Below, in pieces: positions 49,978 to 63,460 of a DNA stretch of 64,000 nucleotides (positions are counted from its first letter, which is position 1; each line of letters begins with the position of its first letter). The notes under the pieces are model-generated. The model was not told the origin of the DNA. It made no database searches and saw only the letters and a list, made by a program, of their open reading frames with translations. The stretch covers positions 1,551,690 through 1,615,689 of the forward strand of contig MU058384.1 of the NCBI GenBank assembly GCA_013265495.1. Direction: 5' to 3'. Origin of the DNA: Vicugna vicugna (Eukaryota). A program made the position numbers and the translations under genes.

Positions 49978-52969
49978 AAATAGAAAAAGAAGAGGAAATT
50001 AAACCAAAAGTAGACAGAAGAAAATAAATAATAAGGATCATAAAAGAATCCAGTGAAATTTAGAAAACATAAAATGAATAGAGAAAAGAAATGGTTCTTG
50101 GAGAAAATCTATAAAAGTGATTAACCATTAGCCAGACTGATCCGAAAAATAAGAGAAAACACAAATTACCAATATGAGAAATGCTAGAAGCTACATCACT
50201 ACAGATTCCATGAATAATAAAAGGAAATTTTTAAAATACTATGAATTTTGTGCTAATAAATTCAACAACAGATGAAACTGACTAATTTCTTGGAAGACAT
50301 AAATGACCAAAGTTCACTGAGAAGCAGGTACTCTGAATAATACTATTATTAAAGAAAATAAACTTGTAATTAAAAATCTTCTCATAAAGAAAATTCCATG
50401 CCCACGTGGCTTCACTGGAGAATTCTTCCAAAATTTAAGGAAGAAATAATGACAATTTTACACAAACTCTGGCACAAACTGAAGAGGAGGGATCCTTCTC
50501 ATCTCAGTCTGGGAGGCTGCCACTGGCCTGAAACCAAAAGCAGACAAATGCATTAAGGCCAGAAAACCCTCTACCACTATCCTTCATGAAGAAAAATGCA
50601 AACATTCTTTTAAAATTTTTAGCAAGTCAAATCTGACAATATATAAATGGAATAATACATCATGAAAGAGTGGGGTGTGTCCTAGGAAACAATGCTGTTG
50701 AACAATTTTAGTTTAACATTTGAAAGTCAATTAACTTATCATTTTAACATATAGAAGAGTAAGAACCATATGGTCATTTCAATAGAAGCAAAAAAAAAAA
50801 AAGCTGATAAAACCCACTATACATTTCTGATTAAAAACTCTCAGCAAACTAGGAATAGAAAGGAACATTCTCAACTTGATAAAAGGCATCTATGAAAACC
50901 TACAGCTAACATCATACTTAATGATGGAAGACTGAATATTTTCCCCTAAAGATCAACAAAATTACAATGATGTTTGAACTGATCACATCTATTTAACATT
51001 GTACTGAAGGTTCTAGCTAGTGCAATTGGGACCAAAAAAGAAATAAAAAGCACCAGATTGGAAAAGAAGAAGTAAATTGTGTTTTTATTGTCAAACGATG
51101 TGACTGTGTAAAAAATCCCTTGGAACCTACAAAAAAGCTGCTAGTAGTGAGTTTATCAAGATTGCATAAAAAATCAATTGTGTTTCCATATGCTGGCAAA
51201 GAACAACTGGAGACTAAACATTTAAACATACCATTTAAAATAACTTAAAAATACAAATTTCTTAAGAAGAAATCTGACAATACATGTGCAGGACTGATAT
51301 GTGAATACCTACAAAACATTGTTAAAAGAAATAAAGACCTAAGCAAATGGAAAGATAACAATTATCCATCAACGTGTCAATTTTCCCCAAATTGATCCAC
51401 AGATTCAATGCAATCCCAATCAAAATCCCAGCATGTTGTTTTGTTGACATTGGCAAGCTAATTCCAAAATTTATATGAAAATGTAAAGAAGCTGCAATAG
51501 TCAAGACAATTTGAAAAATGTAGACTAAAGGTGGAAAACTAACTCTACCTGATTATAAAACTTAAAAAACTACAGTAATCAAGATGACATGGCCATGTAA
51601 AGATAGACAAATAAATCAGTAAAACAGATTTAAGAAATAGAGCTATACATATAAATAACTGATTTTTAATTAAATTGCAAAGGCAATTCAGTAATAAAAG
51701 ATGTTCTTTTAACAAATTGTGCTGGAATAGTTAAATATCCTTATGCAAAATATATGAACTTCCACCTTATCTAAAGTCATATATAAAAATTAATTCAAAA
51801 TTGATTATAGATCTAAATGTAAAATATAAATGTGTAAAACTTTTAGAAGAAATCACAGCGCAATTTCTTTGTGAACTTGAGTTAGGTAAAGATTTCATAT
51901 ATAGAATACCAAAAACATGATCCATAAAATAAATGATAAATTGGATTACATTAAAATTAAAAATTGCTTTCAAAAGACACTGTTAAAAGAATGAAAAGAT
52001 AAGCCACAGACTGTGAGAAAATATTTTTAAATCTGGATACAGTTTGATAAAGGAACTGTATCCAGAAAATAAAAGGAACTCTTAAAACAAACAACTCAAT
52101 TTTAAAAGATAGGCAAAAGACTGGAACAGATGTTCACCAAAGAAGATATGCAAAATGACAAATAAGCACATCAAAAAAATTCTCAGCATTATTAGTTATT
52201 AGGGAAATGCAAATTAAAACCACAATAAAATACCACTAAACATCTTTACAATGAATAAAGACTGATCCAAACAAGTGTTGTGAGGATGTAGAGGAAGCAG
52301 AACCTCATAAACTGCTAGCAAGATTTTTAAATGGTGCAATTACTTTGGAAAATAGTTAGGTTTTTTTTTTAAGTTAAAAAAGATACATCTACCATATGAT
52401 TCAATTATTCCAATCCTAGTTATTTACTCAAGAAAAATTAAATCTTACATCTATCCAGAGACTTGCACATAAATATTCATAACAACTTTATTTGTAATAT
52501 CCAAAAATGGGTAAAAGCCCAAATATCCATCAACAGGTGAATGAATAGACATATTGAGGACCATCCTTACAAGGGGACATTATTCAGCAATACAAAGGGA
52601 AAAACTACTGGTATATCCAACAACATGGATGAATCCTGTATGATTCTGCCTATATGAAACTCTGGAAAATACAAACTAATGTATAAAAATAAAATCAGTA
52701 GTCCCCTGGGGATTGGGAAAGGGCAGAGGAAGGGGGAAGTTTTAATAAGGGTCACAAGGAAACTCTTGAGTATGTCCACTATCTTGATGGCGGTGATGGT
52801 TTGTGGGTATATGTATGTGATGAAACGAATCCAACTGTACTCTTTGAATATGTTTAGTCTGTTATGTGTCAATTATACCTCAAAAACCTGGAGGGTGTTT
52901 TTAAGGAAATAAGAGATAAATAATAGAATTAGAAATGTTTACACAAGAAAAATTAAAGGGAACGGATAA

Positions 52970-53060
52970 GCATCCTTAAATAGTTGAAAGGCTATCTCTG
53001 GGCCAGATGGCTCTAGAAGAACTTAACAGGAAGAAAGATTTGGGTTATACAGAAGTATAT
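52970..53060 (+). mobile_element. L3/CR1 LINE fragment
   Basis: ccttaaatagttgaaaggct...aacaggaagaaagatttggg resembles the L3 3' consensus; probably continues at 53790. Confidence 0.4.
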
Positions 53061-53489
53061 GTAATCCTGTTAAATCCATGCTCTATTTAATCCAGTGTCA
53101 GATTGGTGTAGTAATGAAGAGACATAGTCCAGCTAACAAAAAAAGTAACATAAGAATAATTGTTTCCTCCCTTGCATTTGTGCATGCCACTAAGTATATA
53201 ATCTAGTGATGCTTCTTCAAATTTCCCTTTTCCTTCCAACGTTTTTCTCATCTTACGTTGGTTCTGTACCACATTTCCCAGAAATGTCTTCCCGTAGCCC
53301 ATTTGCTTTTTATTCTTTTCCTTACTCTTCCTGATTCTGCACCACGAAGCCTAAATAAATAGTTTGGCAACAGCAGATTTGTCCATGTAGTTCAAAGAAG
53401 GCGAACAAACTGAGTGGGCAACACTAGAATCCTCTTGACTGATCAAGAGGGAGAAAAGCCTTGGAACACTCATGCAGTGCAAAGAAGAA

Positions 53490-53748
53490 CATGGATACAG
53501 TTAGGAGCACAAGCTCCAGGGGTAGAATCTTGGGGTCCTATGTCCTGCTCCATTACTTCTTAACTGTGTGACACTGAAAAACTTATCTAGCCTCTGCGAG
53601 CATCATCTGCCTCATCTGTAAAGTAAATATAATAATAGTAACAACTTCCCAAAATGACTCTTTGGACATTAAATGACTTAACACATACAAGACATTTAGA
53701 ATTATACCTGGCATATAGGCAGCTCTCTGTAAGTGCTGGCTGTTTATA
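53490..53748 (+). mobile_element. MIR, near full length
   Basis: tcctgctccattacttcttaactgtgtgac...cctcatctgtaaagtaaatataataatagta...attaaatgac...cctggcatatagg. Confidence 0.88.
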
Positions 53749-53789
53749 CTGTATATTAATTTTGACCTCTTCACCACAAAGATATTTGG

Positions 53790-53972
53790 GGGATCAGAGT
53801 TTATTCAAAATGGAATGAACAGCCTCAAGAAGCAGTTAGCTTCCTATCTCTAGAAGTAATCAAACCAGTATCAGGTGAGTCCTCCAAAAGGAAATTACAC
53901 ATCAGATTAATTTATTTGATATTGACTAGACCAGGAACCACTGCAGTCCCTTTCATATACGATAGTCTGTGT
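53790..53972 (+). mobile_element. L3/CR1 LINE 3' end
   Basis: caaaatggaatgaacagcctcaagaagcagttagcttcctatctctagaagtaatcaa...gactaga...gtccctttc. Confidence 0.6.
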
Positions 53973-55311
53973 TTCCATGCATTTTTTTCTGTCTTGGTTA
54001 TTTTTTTCCTGCTTCCCCTGTTCATCCACTCTAGATCAGAGCATCTTGAATTCTCTTGATCCTAGACTTTTTCTTTTTTATCTTAAAGGTGTTTCATAAA
54101 AAGCCTTCTTTCAGATGAAAAAGTTGACAATTCATAAAAGAGGGAAATAAAAATATGAAAAATGTTAACCTCACAGGAAATCAAATATTTGATAATATGA
54201 AGAATTCCCCTGCCTTGTGTGCATACAGTTTTTAAACCACCTAGAATTTTATAAAAAATGTAAAATGTTTTCTGCCAACTGACAACCACACAAAATAAGT
54301 CTTCCTGAAAGACAGATGAAATAAAAACAACTAATTTGAGGTTAATATCTTCAAAATAGAGAATTAACAGGTTTTTAACTATAAAATTTATGTCCCTGTT
54401 TTCTTTCTTCCCTACTTCTTTTGCATTCTGGAAAATGCTAACAAATACTTTTTTACCCTTGTGTTCAAAGAAATATCCATTTTCTAATCTCTTTATCTCT
54501 GTTGACCTTACTCCTCTTTTTTGAATTATCTCAGATGTCATTTCCTAGCTGTGATACCAGCCTCCACCACCACCCCACCAGGAGTCGTAGGTGTCCCTCA
54601 GGGGCTCCCATAATACCCCAAAGTGCTCTGTGAGAATTATCAGTTTACCTCAATAGCCTTGAGAGTTGGGCACTAGGTGTGGCTCACAGCAAACAAGAGA
54701 TATACATTGACTCTTCGTGGAATGAGTGAATCCCCAATTCTAGACAAAATTCATCTGAAAAGGAGCTGATGTGGATACATTCTGTAACTTTGATATTCAT
54801 AACTTTGTACAGACGATTACTGGAGTTTTACAGTTTTTCAAATCAATGGGGTAAGTAGTCAGTAATCTCTTGTGGTGAATTCTCTCTCTATTTCTATTGC
54901 AAAACTGTGTAAGCTCCAATGTGGAGATATTAGTCATTTTCTTGGTGCCCTCCGATCAGTTATACGATAATGAAGACACACTTTTCCCTAGGCTGTTTAG
55001 TCTAATCTCTGTGGTCTTCATAAGTTCTCCTGACCTTTTCCTTCATTCTCATAGTCTGGCCTACTGCCATGGGCATCCCCAAATCTTCAGTTACTTCCTG
55101 GCTGTCATAGAGAGAACAGACTGTGGTAATACACACTTTCACATTCCATATCACAGAATTTGAGGCATACGATGATCTGGAGAAATAATTTAAGCTTTAC
55201 TTATCCAACATCACATAGTTTGACAATTTTTTGCTCTTTTTTTTTTTTTGACTTTAGGGATTTTGGGAAAGTTGAAAGTTTTTGTTTTGTATCTTATTTT
55301 TAAAACTCTCC

Positions 55312-55558
55312 TTCACTGAAGTTTACTGTGGGATAGAACCATATTAAGAGCTTTACTTACATTTACTCATTCAATCTTTAGAACAACCTTACCAAATTCA
55401 CATCATAATTATAAAATTTACCCCCATTTTACAGTTGAGAAAACTGAGATATAGAGAGATTAGGAAAATTAATCCAAGTCATATAGCTAGTAAGGTCTGG
55501 AATCAGGGTGGGCTGTTCCCTGGGGCCCACACCCTTAACCAGTATTCTACACTGCCTC
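55312..55558 (-). mobile_element. MIR, near full length
   Basis: ctcattcaatctttagaacaacc...cccccattttacagttgagaaaactgaga...ccaagtcatatagctagtaag...cttaaccagtattctacactgcctc. Confidence 0.9.
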
Positions 55559-55769
55559 ACAGCAAATTCAGGAATTCATACTCAGAAGCAAAACTGACTT
55601 CAGAAACTCAAGTATGTTGTTAAAAAGAAAATAAAGCCTGGGAATATATTTCTTTATTATTAATAGAGTCTGTAAGCTTTTTTTTTTTAATGTGTGGAAT
55701 GACAAGGGGGAAGGAGAAAAAAACTAAAAAATTTCATAACAACACTTTGGTCTAAAAGGCTCCTCTAAG

Positions 55770-57400
55770 CAAGTAGTAAACTCCCGGGCCATTAGTCGCG
55801 GATTTAGGTTTTCTTTTACGCTATTGATAGCAAGTAAAATGGCACTTCACAGATTTAGTTAATCATTGTTCTCTTGGTGAGCAAATTTTTCAGTCTGTTT
55901 TAAAAACAGTCAAGTAGTAGAAGTAAAACATATTAAGCCAACTCGGATGGGCGAGGAGAATACAAAAGCATTTGCACTGACATCATTGCTTACCTAGTAG
56001 AGACCCTTCTAATATTCTGAGAAAAGTAACTCAGTGAGGAAGGACTTCTGTCCTCAGAAAACATTCCACAAATTATAATTAAGAAGAAAATGTGAGGCCT
56101 AAGAGACGTTTCCCTACCAACAAAATCATCCTAAATGCACAAGAATTTATTATGTAAAATAACAGATAAAAATAAGATAGTTTAAATATAAATAAATGGA
56201 GGGGAATTGGGGTTGTTTGTTTTCCTATTCCATGAACCCGTCTCCATCTTCTCTTTGAGTTAATCATCATCACATTGCACTAAATCAGAGATGGCAGGGG
56301 CTGTGGCTGGCTGGATACCAGTGTTCCTCATTGTTTGGTTATACTGGAAATGTCTTTGGAATGAGCTTAAGCTGAAAGACCTTTAACCAGCAATTCTCTT
56401 CGAATTCTTAACAGCAGAAGTTTGGGGGGCTTGGGGGGGTTTTTTACGGGTTGTTTTTTGGGGGTTGTTTTCGTGTGTGTGTGGAAGGGGAGAGTGTGTA
56501 CCTGTGTAATATATGTTTTTTTCTTAAATTAAAAATAAGACAATATCAAAATTCTCCTTCCCCCCACATCCGACCCCTGCCCTTCACACCTGCTCGTACA
56601 CACCACCCTCCCCTCACAGAACCTCCGCTCTCGGGACATCTGAGACAGTTGAGAAAAGGGGTGGGGAATGTGGAGAGGGAGACGTCTCATTTTTATTTCG
56701 TTCATTTCTGTACTGTTTCCTTCTTTAACCAAGTTCATGTGATATTTTCAGTTAAAATAATAACTTCTTTGAGCTCTGAACACAATGACAAGGTAAAACA
56801 ACATCACACACACACACACACACACACACAGCTGTATAATAAAGAAGGCAGAAGGGCAGCACAAGCAAATATTCTGAGGGCAGTGTCTTTTGTATTATCC
56901 ATGGGCTCAAAGGTTTGGCTGAGAAGTTTCTCCTGAGGGTTTAGGTTGTTTTCCCTAGCTAAGGGGCAGGGTGAGGGAGAAGGAAGGCAGATTTGTGTCT
57001 GCAGCTGATTGGCAGTTTCTGTGAGAAATTATTCACTCCGGTAAGTTTTGTTATTTTCTCAGAATTGATGGTGCCCTGTACTTTCAGGCGGGGGATGGTG
57101 CGGGGAATGGGATGCTGTTTCTAGTGACTGCTGGGAGCAGGGGGTGGGGCAGCCGTCTGACTGAGAGGCTGAAAAGGTTCTGGGAGTAAGGAATGTTGTT
57201 GTTTCTCTGTGTTTGAAACCACACTTCTTTTTGATCGTGTTTATACTTTAAAATTTCACACTGTGGTCAAATGAGGCAAGGTATAATTTCACAAGTCCCT
57301 GTAAACACTGGACAACTACACTTGTCCTGTGTGCACACAGGCACACAAATTTTATGGACGTTTAAGTTCCTGTAGGGCGTGGGACGGAATCACATCTTAA
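55770..57400 (+). promoter_or_regulatory. Candidate promoter/enhancer with possible non-coding first exon ending at 57040
   Basis: Free of recognisable interspersed repeats, modest CpG retention, G-rich tracts, HNF1-like GTTAATCATT (55858), GAS motifs at 56015 and 57056, strong donor CCG|GTAAGT at 57040/57041. Confidence 0.35.
56805..56830. repeat. (CA)13 microsatellite
   Basis: Seen directly. Confidence 0.97.
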
Positions 57401-58245
57401 TAACCAAAACTGTGAACATTAACTATTTTAAATGAAGCCTTTTTTGGCTTTTTCCTATGGAGTTTTACTATCTTTTTCTTTCTCAACCACAATTTAGAGT
57501 TACACTGAAGAAAAAGTTGTAAATAAGGTGAAGTTAAAATACAGATTTTTAGATCAAGCATTCTAGTGACATAAAAGAGCAAGCTTTAAGTTTACTGAAA
57601 AGGAATATTCCAGCCATTAGCAAGAGATTCCACAGCTGTTAAACCAGAGAAGCTTTTTCTTTCTTTGAGTCTAACTCATCGTTTCCCACAATTACCTCAT
57701 AACTAATCAAAGCTTTTATGAAAATGTTAGTAGCCAAAGAGCCACTTTGATTGCTGTCACCCCACTGGCACACTATTTACAGACCACTAACAATTTTTTT
57801 TTAATTTTAACACGTGTTCTCTTGAAATCTGCTCTAACAACAACAATAAAATATAGTCTAAAATATTGACATATTATGTATATAGAGTCCGTTTTCAAAG
57901 CATTTTCTCAAGCATTTTTTTACAACATGTACAAAAAAGGGTCTCAGGGAAAGGGAAGGGATGCAGGTGTTGATCCTGATGACGGTTGTATCTGGGATTG
58001 GTGGAACCTCTTGTTATTTGAGGAAATACTGCTTAGAAGAGTTATTATAAGCTGTGTGTGACATAGACATTCATGACAGATAAACATCCATGCTTAAATT
58101 AGATTGTGATCCATGTATGCAGTCACCAGAAATTTGGCCAAGACTTTATGCTAGGTTTTGTTAATATAATCATGTATCAATCATCCATAAATACTGCTCT
58201 TAAAATGCATATGGTCCAATAAGGACTTTAAAGAATAGTGTTCCT

Positions 58246-58708
58246 TGTATCAATCAGCTATTACCAAAACAATGCTGCATAACAACAACTAAAAATCTTA
58301 ACATTTTAGTGGGTTTTTTTAGATTTTTTTCCTTGCTCATATATCTGTAAATTAGACTCAGCTGATGTAGCCCAGGCTCAGTTAAGCTTGGCCTCAAATT
58401 TTGTTTTAAGTGTAGGTCTGCTAATCCCTCCATGAACCAGTTGCTATCTAAAGCAGGTTCTTTTCAAAGTCAAAGGAAAGAGCACAAAAAGGAAAGCCAT
58501 GCCACACATTTCAAGCAACTGCTACTGTCAGACATGTGCTAACACTTCATTAGCCAATACAAATCACATGGGCAAGTCCAGCATCAACGGAACAGGGAAG
58601 TATACTCCTCCCATAGGAAAAAAGGAAGAGAAAGAAGATGGGAGGGTGGGAGGGAGGAAGAGAGGGAGAAGAGAGGGAACACATGCTAGACACAAATTCA
58701 ATCTCCAA
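58246..58708 (-). mobile_element. MaLR LTR (MLT1H/I-like)
   Basis: tgtatcaatcagctattaccaaaacaatgctgcataacaac...cattagccaatacaaatcacatgggcaagtcc...cagggaagtatactcctccca. Confidence 0.8.
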
Positions 58709-58749
58709 AACCCTCAACTCTTTTCATATCATTCTTTCTTTTTCCAGGA

Positions 58750-60240
58750 AAGCTCACCAAACCAGAGATTTCCTTCCCATCTATGCACAGATAATTCACC
58801 AATTTATATCTCCAGCTCAGAACTTTCATCTTAGTTCCAGAGTTTTGCGACCAAGGAACTACATGGCAGACTATTTGGATAGTCCAGACACTGCAAACAT
58901 AATAATGTCTTAAATAAAATTCATGATCACCACACTACTCCTGGCAGAACAAAACTGGTATTCTCCTGGCATTCTCCATATCACTGAATGCCACAGTCAT
59001 TATCTATGCAAACCAGAAATCTAGGAATCTATAATATTCCCTCTCCTTCAATGGCCAAGTCCAGTTGATTTCTTAAGTCTCATTTACCCTCTAAACGTAT
59101 CTTGAAACTTTTGCTTCTCTTCATCTTCAACAGCATCCTTCCCACCGCACCAGCAATTCATACCTGGCTCCCTCTAATATCTAGTAACTGAAACTGGCCC
59201 TATTTAATTTGTTTTCCCTCCAATCATATTTTTGAAAAGCAAATTTGATCATGTCACCATTCCTGCTTAACACCCTTCAGTGGTTTGATGGTTTCAAAAA
59301 TGTGTCCCAAATTCTTTGACACTACTTTCAAAAGGTGGAGACTAATTCCCCTCCCTTTGAATGTTCATAGAAATTAGTGACTTACTTCTAATAAATAGAA
59401 TGTGACGGAAGTGCTCTGCAACTTCTGAGACTAGGTCTTAAAAAGAATAGCGCGCTCGCTCTCTCTCTCTCTCATCACTTGCTCTGATGGAAGACAGCTG
59501 CCCTGGCATGTGCGTCCTTAGGCAGCCCTGTGGAGACATTGATGCGGACAGGAACTGAGACACATCACCAGCAACTAGCACCAATTTGCCAGCTGTGTAG
59601 GTGAGCCACTTTCAAAATAGACCCTCAGCTCCAGCCAAGACTCCAGGTGACAAAAGAGCTTTGACTAACACCTAGACTGCAACCTCAGGAACTCAAACAG
59701 GGACTGCCCAGCTAAGGTCTCCTGGACTCCTGATGCATTGAAATCGTGAGATAGGAAGTGTTTCTTATTTTTAAGCCATAAGAGCCTCTACCCAGCTCTC
59801 CAGCCCCATCCATAACTTATCCCACCACTTTTTGCTTCCTGGACATTCAGACCTTCTTTCAGGTCTTTGAACACACCGTGTTCCTTTCTCCCACAGGGTT
59901 TTTGTTCATGATCTTTTTTTCCAGTAAAAGTATTTATTTCTATATTCACTGTCTCATATTTCCACTAAATCTCAGCAACCTTGTCGCTTCCCCAGGTGTA
60001 TTTTTCCAGACATCCCTGACCTGGTCAAATTTCCCTATTATAACCTCTCTCTGTATCATATGTCCTCCCTCCCCCACCTCATACATTTTCATCATGTGAT
60101 AATTTGATTCATAGCTCTTTTCCACCGGACTTCATGAGAGTTCCCTTTGCTCGCCAGGGTAGACCTAGTACCTCTTACGTGACTGGCACACAGCTGGTGA
60201 TCAAGGAGAAGTTGTTGAATGAACAGATGAATGAACATTG
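58750..60240 (+). mobile_element. LINE-2 long fragment split by an MLT1 LTR
   Basis: ccatctatgcacagataattcaccaatttatatctccagctcagaac...aaaccagaaatctagg...tgatcatgtcacc...cttcagtgg; resumes about 59780; ends ttgttgaatgaacagatgaatgaa. Confidence 0.85.
59286..59780 (+). mobile_element. MaLR LTR (MLT1F-like), lacking its last few tens of bp
   Basis: caaattctttgacact...tcccctccctttgaat...ttagtgacttacttctaa...acttctgagactaggtc...ttttaagcca. Confidence 0.85.
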
Positions 60241-62619
60241 ATGTGCAGAGGAATGACAACAACACAAGGCAGAAATTGGCAGGTTCAGAGTGACCAGGGC
60301 TGGAAGGCTGCACGAATCAGTTGAAGATGGCCAGCTTTATCTTTTATTTCCACAAGCTTTGCTATCTTTCCCTTTCGCCTCTCCTTCAGAAGTTTCCTTC
60401 CCCTTTCTCTCTGCTTCACCTTAAAAGTTTCTAAAACTCTTATGTCTGTTTTCCCTGTTTGTCTGTCTTAGCAGTCAACAAAGGGTCAGATAAAAGAATT
60501 CACACCAAGGTGCTTATTGTCAGCAGTAAATCCCACTGTGCTGGGAACTGGCAAGCGGGGCAAACCCCCAGACAGAAGAAAGGCCACGTAAGAGCCTGGG
60601 GTAAATCCAGGGCTGGGGGAGGAGTGAGGACAAAGGAGAGGGCAACAGGGCTAATTCAGACCAATGACCAGTAGCACCTCTAATCCAGAAGGATTTGAGC
60701 TAAGAAACAAGAAAGGGACACAGCTTCCAAGCTATAGGGTGAAGGCGGAGTGCCCATGGCAGAGCTAGAGTCCACGTGGGAATGCCCAGCTGAGGGGAAT
60801 GAGCTAAGGAATAGGGGGACGAGGTGTAGCATCGAGCGCCCAGATGTCTTCACTGGGCTCGCCTGTGATGGTAAGTGTTCACTGTCCATTGGTGGACTGA
60901 GGCTCATAAGTATATGCACTTAAACAAGTAAGGAGATTTCATTTTGTTAGTTGTTTCTCTTAACTTGAAAAATAAAAAAATTTAAAAAAGAAAAATATAT
61001 TTAAGTTAAATAAACACACACCGATTATGGACTTCTAAATATAAAGTAGCCAAGAAGAGTGTTGCAGCATGCATTAGGAGCACACGTGGGCTCCAACGTA
61101 CTTGCTGATATTTCCCTGGAAGCAGGTATTTTCCTTCCGCAGCTCTGAGCGTGGTCGTGCGCCGAGCCACTGAGCGCTCCCTGACAACTCGGTGTCAAGG
61201 TGACTAAAACCAACATCAAACAAGATTCAGTGAAAAGTCTGAGACAGATGGCAAGTAGATTCAAAGAATCACAGTTAAAGACATTTGCACCAAGTTTATT
61301 CCCTGTCTTTAGTAAACTATTAAGCCTCTTAATGATCTTAGTATAGTTTATTTATGTTTAGCAGAAATATCAGTGGCTTCTCAATGACTAAAAGGAGTGG
61401 ACCAAGGTACCACTGATATAGGATTTTTAATTTGCAGTCTTAGCAACTGAAAAAGATCAGTAAGTTATCCCTTTCATTGGTTGTCATTGAGTGGGTTGTG
61501 CAAAGATAAAAATAAAAAACTCTAAATCACTAGTTGGTTTCACAACAGGTTGTTCTATTGTGTATATAAGCACAACCTTTTAACCTATAACATAAAGGAA
61601 ATGGTTGCTTTGTCCAGTATATCCTTTAGTATTCATGTCACCTAGGCTTACAGATTCCAGAATAAGCAATATTCCACCTCAAGCACCACCACCCCTGGCC
61701 TAATGGACATATTACTCAGCTTCACCCTTGTGACGTGTTCTGTTGGAACTCAAAGGCTTTCCGAAGGATTACCCTGGGACCATCAGGTTTGACTTCTGAA
61801 TTGCCCTTTGGGGCTCTACTAAAGTGCTGTAGAGGGAGAGAGGGCACATCCCCAGCCATAACTAAATGCTGAGCCCCACCATACCTTCTTATTCTTAGTG
61901 TCAGGAAAGTAGGAGGGCAGTTTTGCTTCAGTTTATGTGGCTGATGACACCTAGAGTCATTGACATTGAAATTATAAAATCAAACTTACTTTCCTCAATT
62001 TGTCCCTGAGGTGATACATTAAAAAACTAACTCTCTAACCTTGGAAGAATGTAAACTCCTTGAGGATGTCTTTGGCAAGTGTTTGGAACAAGTTATTGTC
62101 ACTGGCAATGAAACCACCCAAGACCCACAATCCATTTGAAATCTGTCCCACATAACTTATAACTAAGTATAAGAGTTTTCAAAATATTTGCTTTTAAGTA
62201 AATGAGATCAGGTTTAGATTATCCATACAACAACATCACTCTCACTTGTTTGCATCCTCAGATGTTTCCTTGAAAGAGGAGAAATGTAAGATACGGCTAG
62301 TGGTGACACCCACAAATCAACAGTTATCACATTTCCCCCTTCTTTTCCTTCACCTTCTCCAGGAAAGCTCCCTCTTCTGAGAAGTCTGGGTTGGAACACC
62401 TTATCTGTGTATCCCTAACATGGAGTGTTCCCTGGGATCGTGTCATCAATTGTGCAACTCATGAGAAAAAATAAGGTGATCTTGGATGCCAGGTCTTCCA
62501 TGAATAGTAAAGACTATCTGAAAAGAATGATCTGTCTTCAGCTTGGCTCCCAGAGCTTCCCGAATCCATACATTACGGCCCTTGCTTCCTGCCTGCTTAG
62601 CCTGTCCATGACAGTGGTT

Positions 62620-62800
62620 ACTTGACTATAATAAATATATTTATTTACATCTGCCTCCTCACTAGAACTACTGGCCTTGAGGATGTGGATGTCTTTTTAT
62701 CTTTATGTCCAGGGTCCAGTCCAGCGCTGGGTACATAATAAGAATTCAGTAGGGCTTGCTGGATGAATGGATGGACAGACAGATAGATGGGCAGCTTGAT
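62620..62800 (+). mobile_element. LINE-2 3' end remnant
   Basis: tttacatctgcctcctcactaga...ccttgaggatgtgg...tttatctttatgtcc...ctgggtacataataag...gatgaatggatgg. Confidence 0.65.
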
Positions 62801-63460
62801 GGATACTATGTAGAATAAATCCAGAGGACAATGTCCACCTAAACCACAAATGTTGCCTTCTTTTATGGAACTCTGAAAGTTCTGACAATGTTTTGAGAAC
62901 CAAGGTTATGTTTTGACAAAACTAATTGAGTGTTTTGTGAAGCATAATTCTGGAGCCCAAATGACTATGTTTGACAGTGTCTCTTTAAGCAAAACTGCAT
63001 TTTGTTTTGGCCAAGGCATCATGACTGACAAGTCATATTTTTCCTTTGTTTGGAAATCTTTGCAGAAATGTATGACTGCATCAGCTATAGATTCTTTCTA
63101 GTTTCTGCTTCTTTATAACCTCTAACAGGAAGGTCTTCCTTCCAGGAGTGCCATGTTTTAGGTTTCTCAGAATTCTTAAAATGCTATAAGAAGGCAATAG
63201 CATTCTAAGCGCACCTGAATTCTGCTAAGATAATTTTGAAAAATATGAGAGTTTTTTTTTTAATGTATTTCTTTAAGGGACAATACTGGCAGCAATGCTT
63301 TGAGAACCTGGATGTGCCCCACTGACAGGGCTGGGGGAGAGCTTCTTCAACGATGGGCTTAATTCATAAGGTATTTTACTAAACTCAATGCAAGCAAATC
63401 TATGACTGTGCACATTTGTCTGTGAACTGAATCATTTGCTCCAGTTTAGAGTTTCAGACT

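Larger units (their letters stand above)
47330..52885 (+). mobile_element. Old, near full-length LINE-1 (L1MC-like): partial 5'UTR, ORF1, ORF2, 3'UTR, all decayed
   Basis: Colinear motifs: ORF1 (cagatccaagaagctcaacaaatcccaagc), endonuclease start (ttaaatgtaaatggcctaaacaccccaattaaaaggcag), RT region (catatggtcatttcaatagaagca), ORF2 end (agggaaatgcaaattaaaaccaca), 3'UTR to tcaattatacctcaa; no long ORF survives. Confidence 0.9.

Noticed and set aside
54083..54541. 152-aa minus-strand ORF
   Set aside because: K/F/I/N-rich translation typical of random AT-rich DNA; no domain.
57326..57341. Perfect 16-bp palindrome CCTGTGTGCACACAGG
   Set aside because: About one such palindrome is expected in 64 kb and it is built from low-complexity TG/CA; no miRNA-like long stem.
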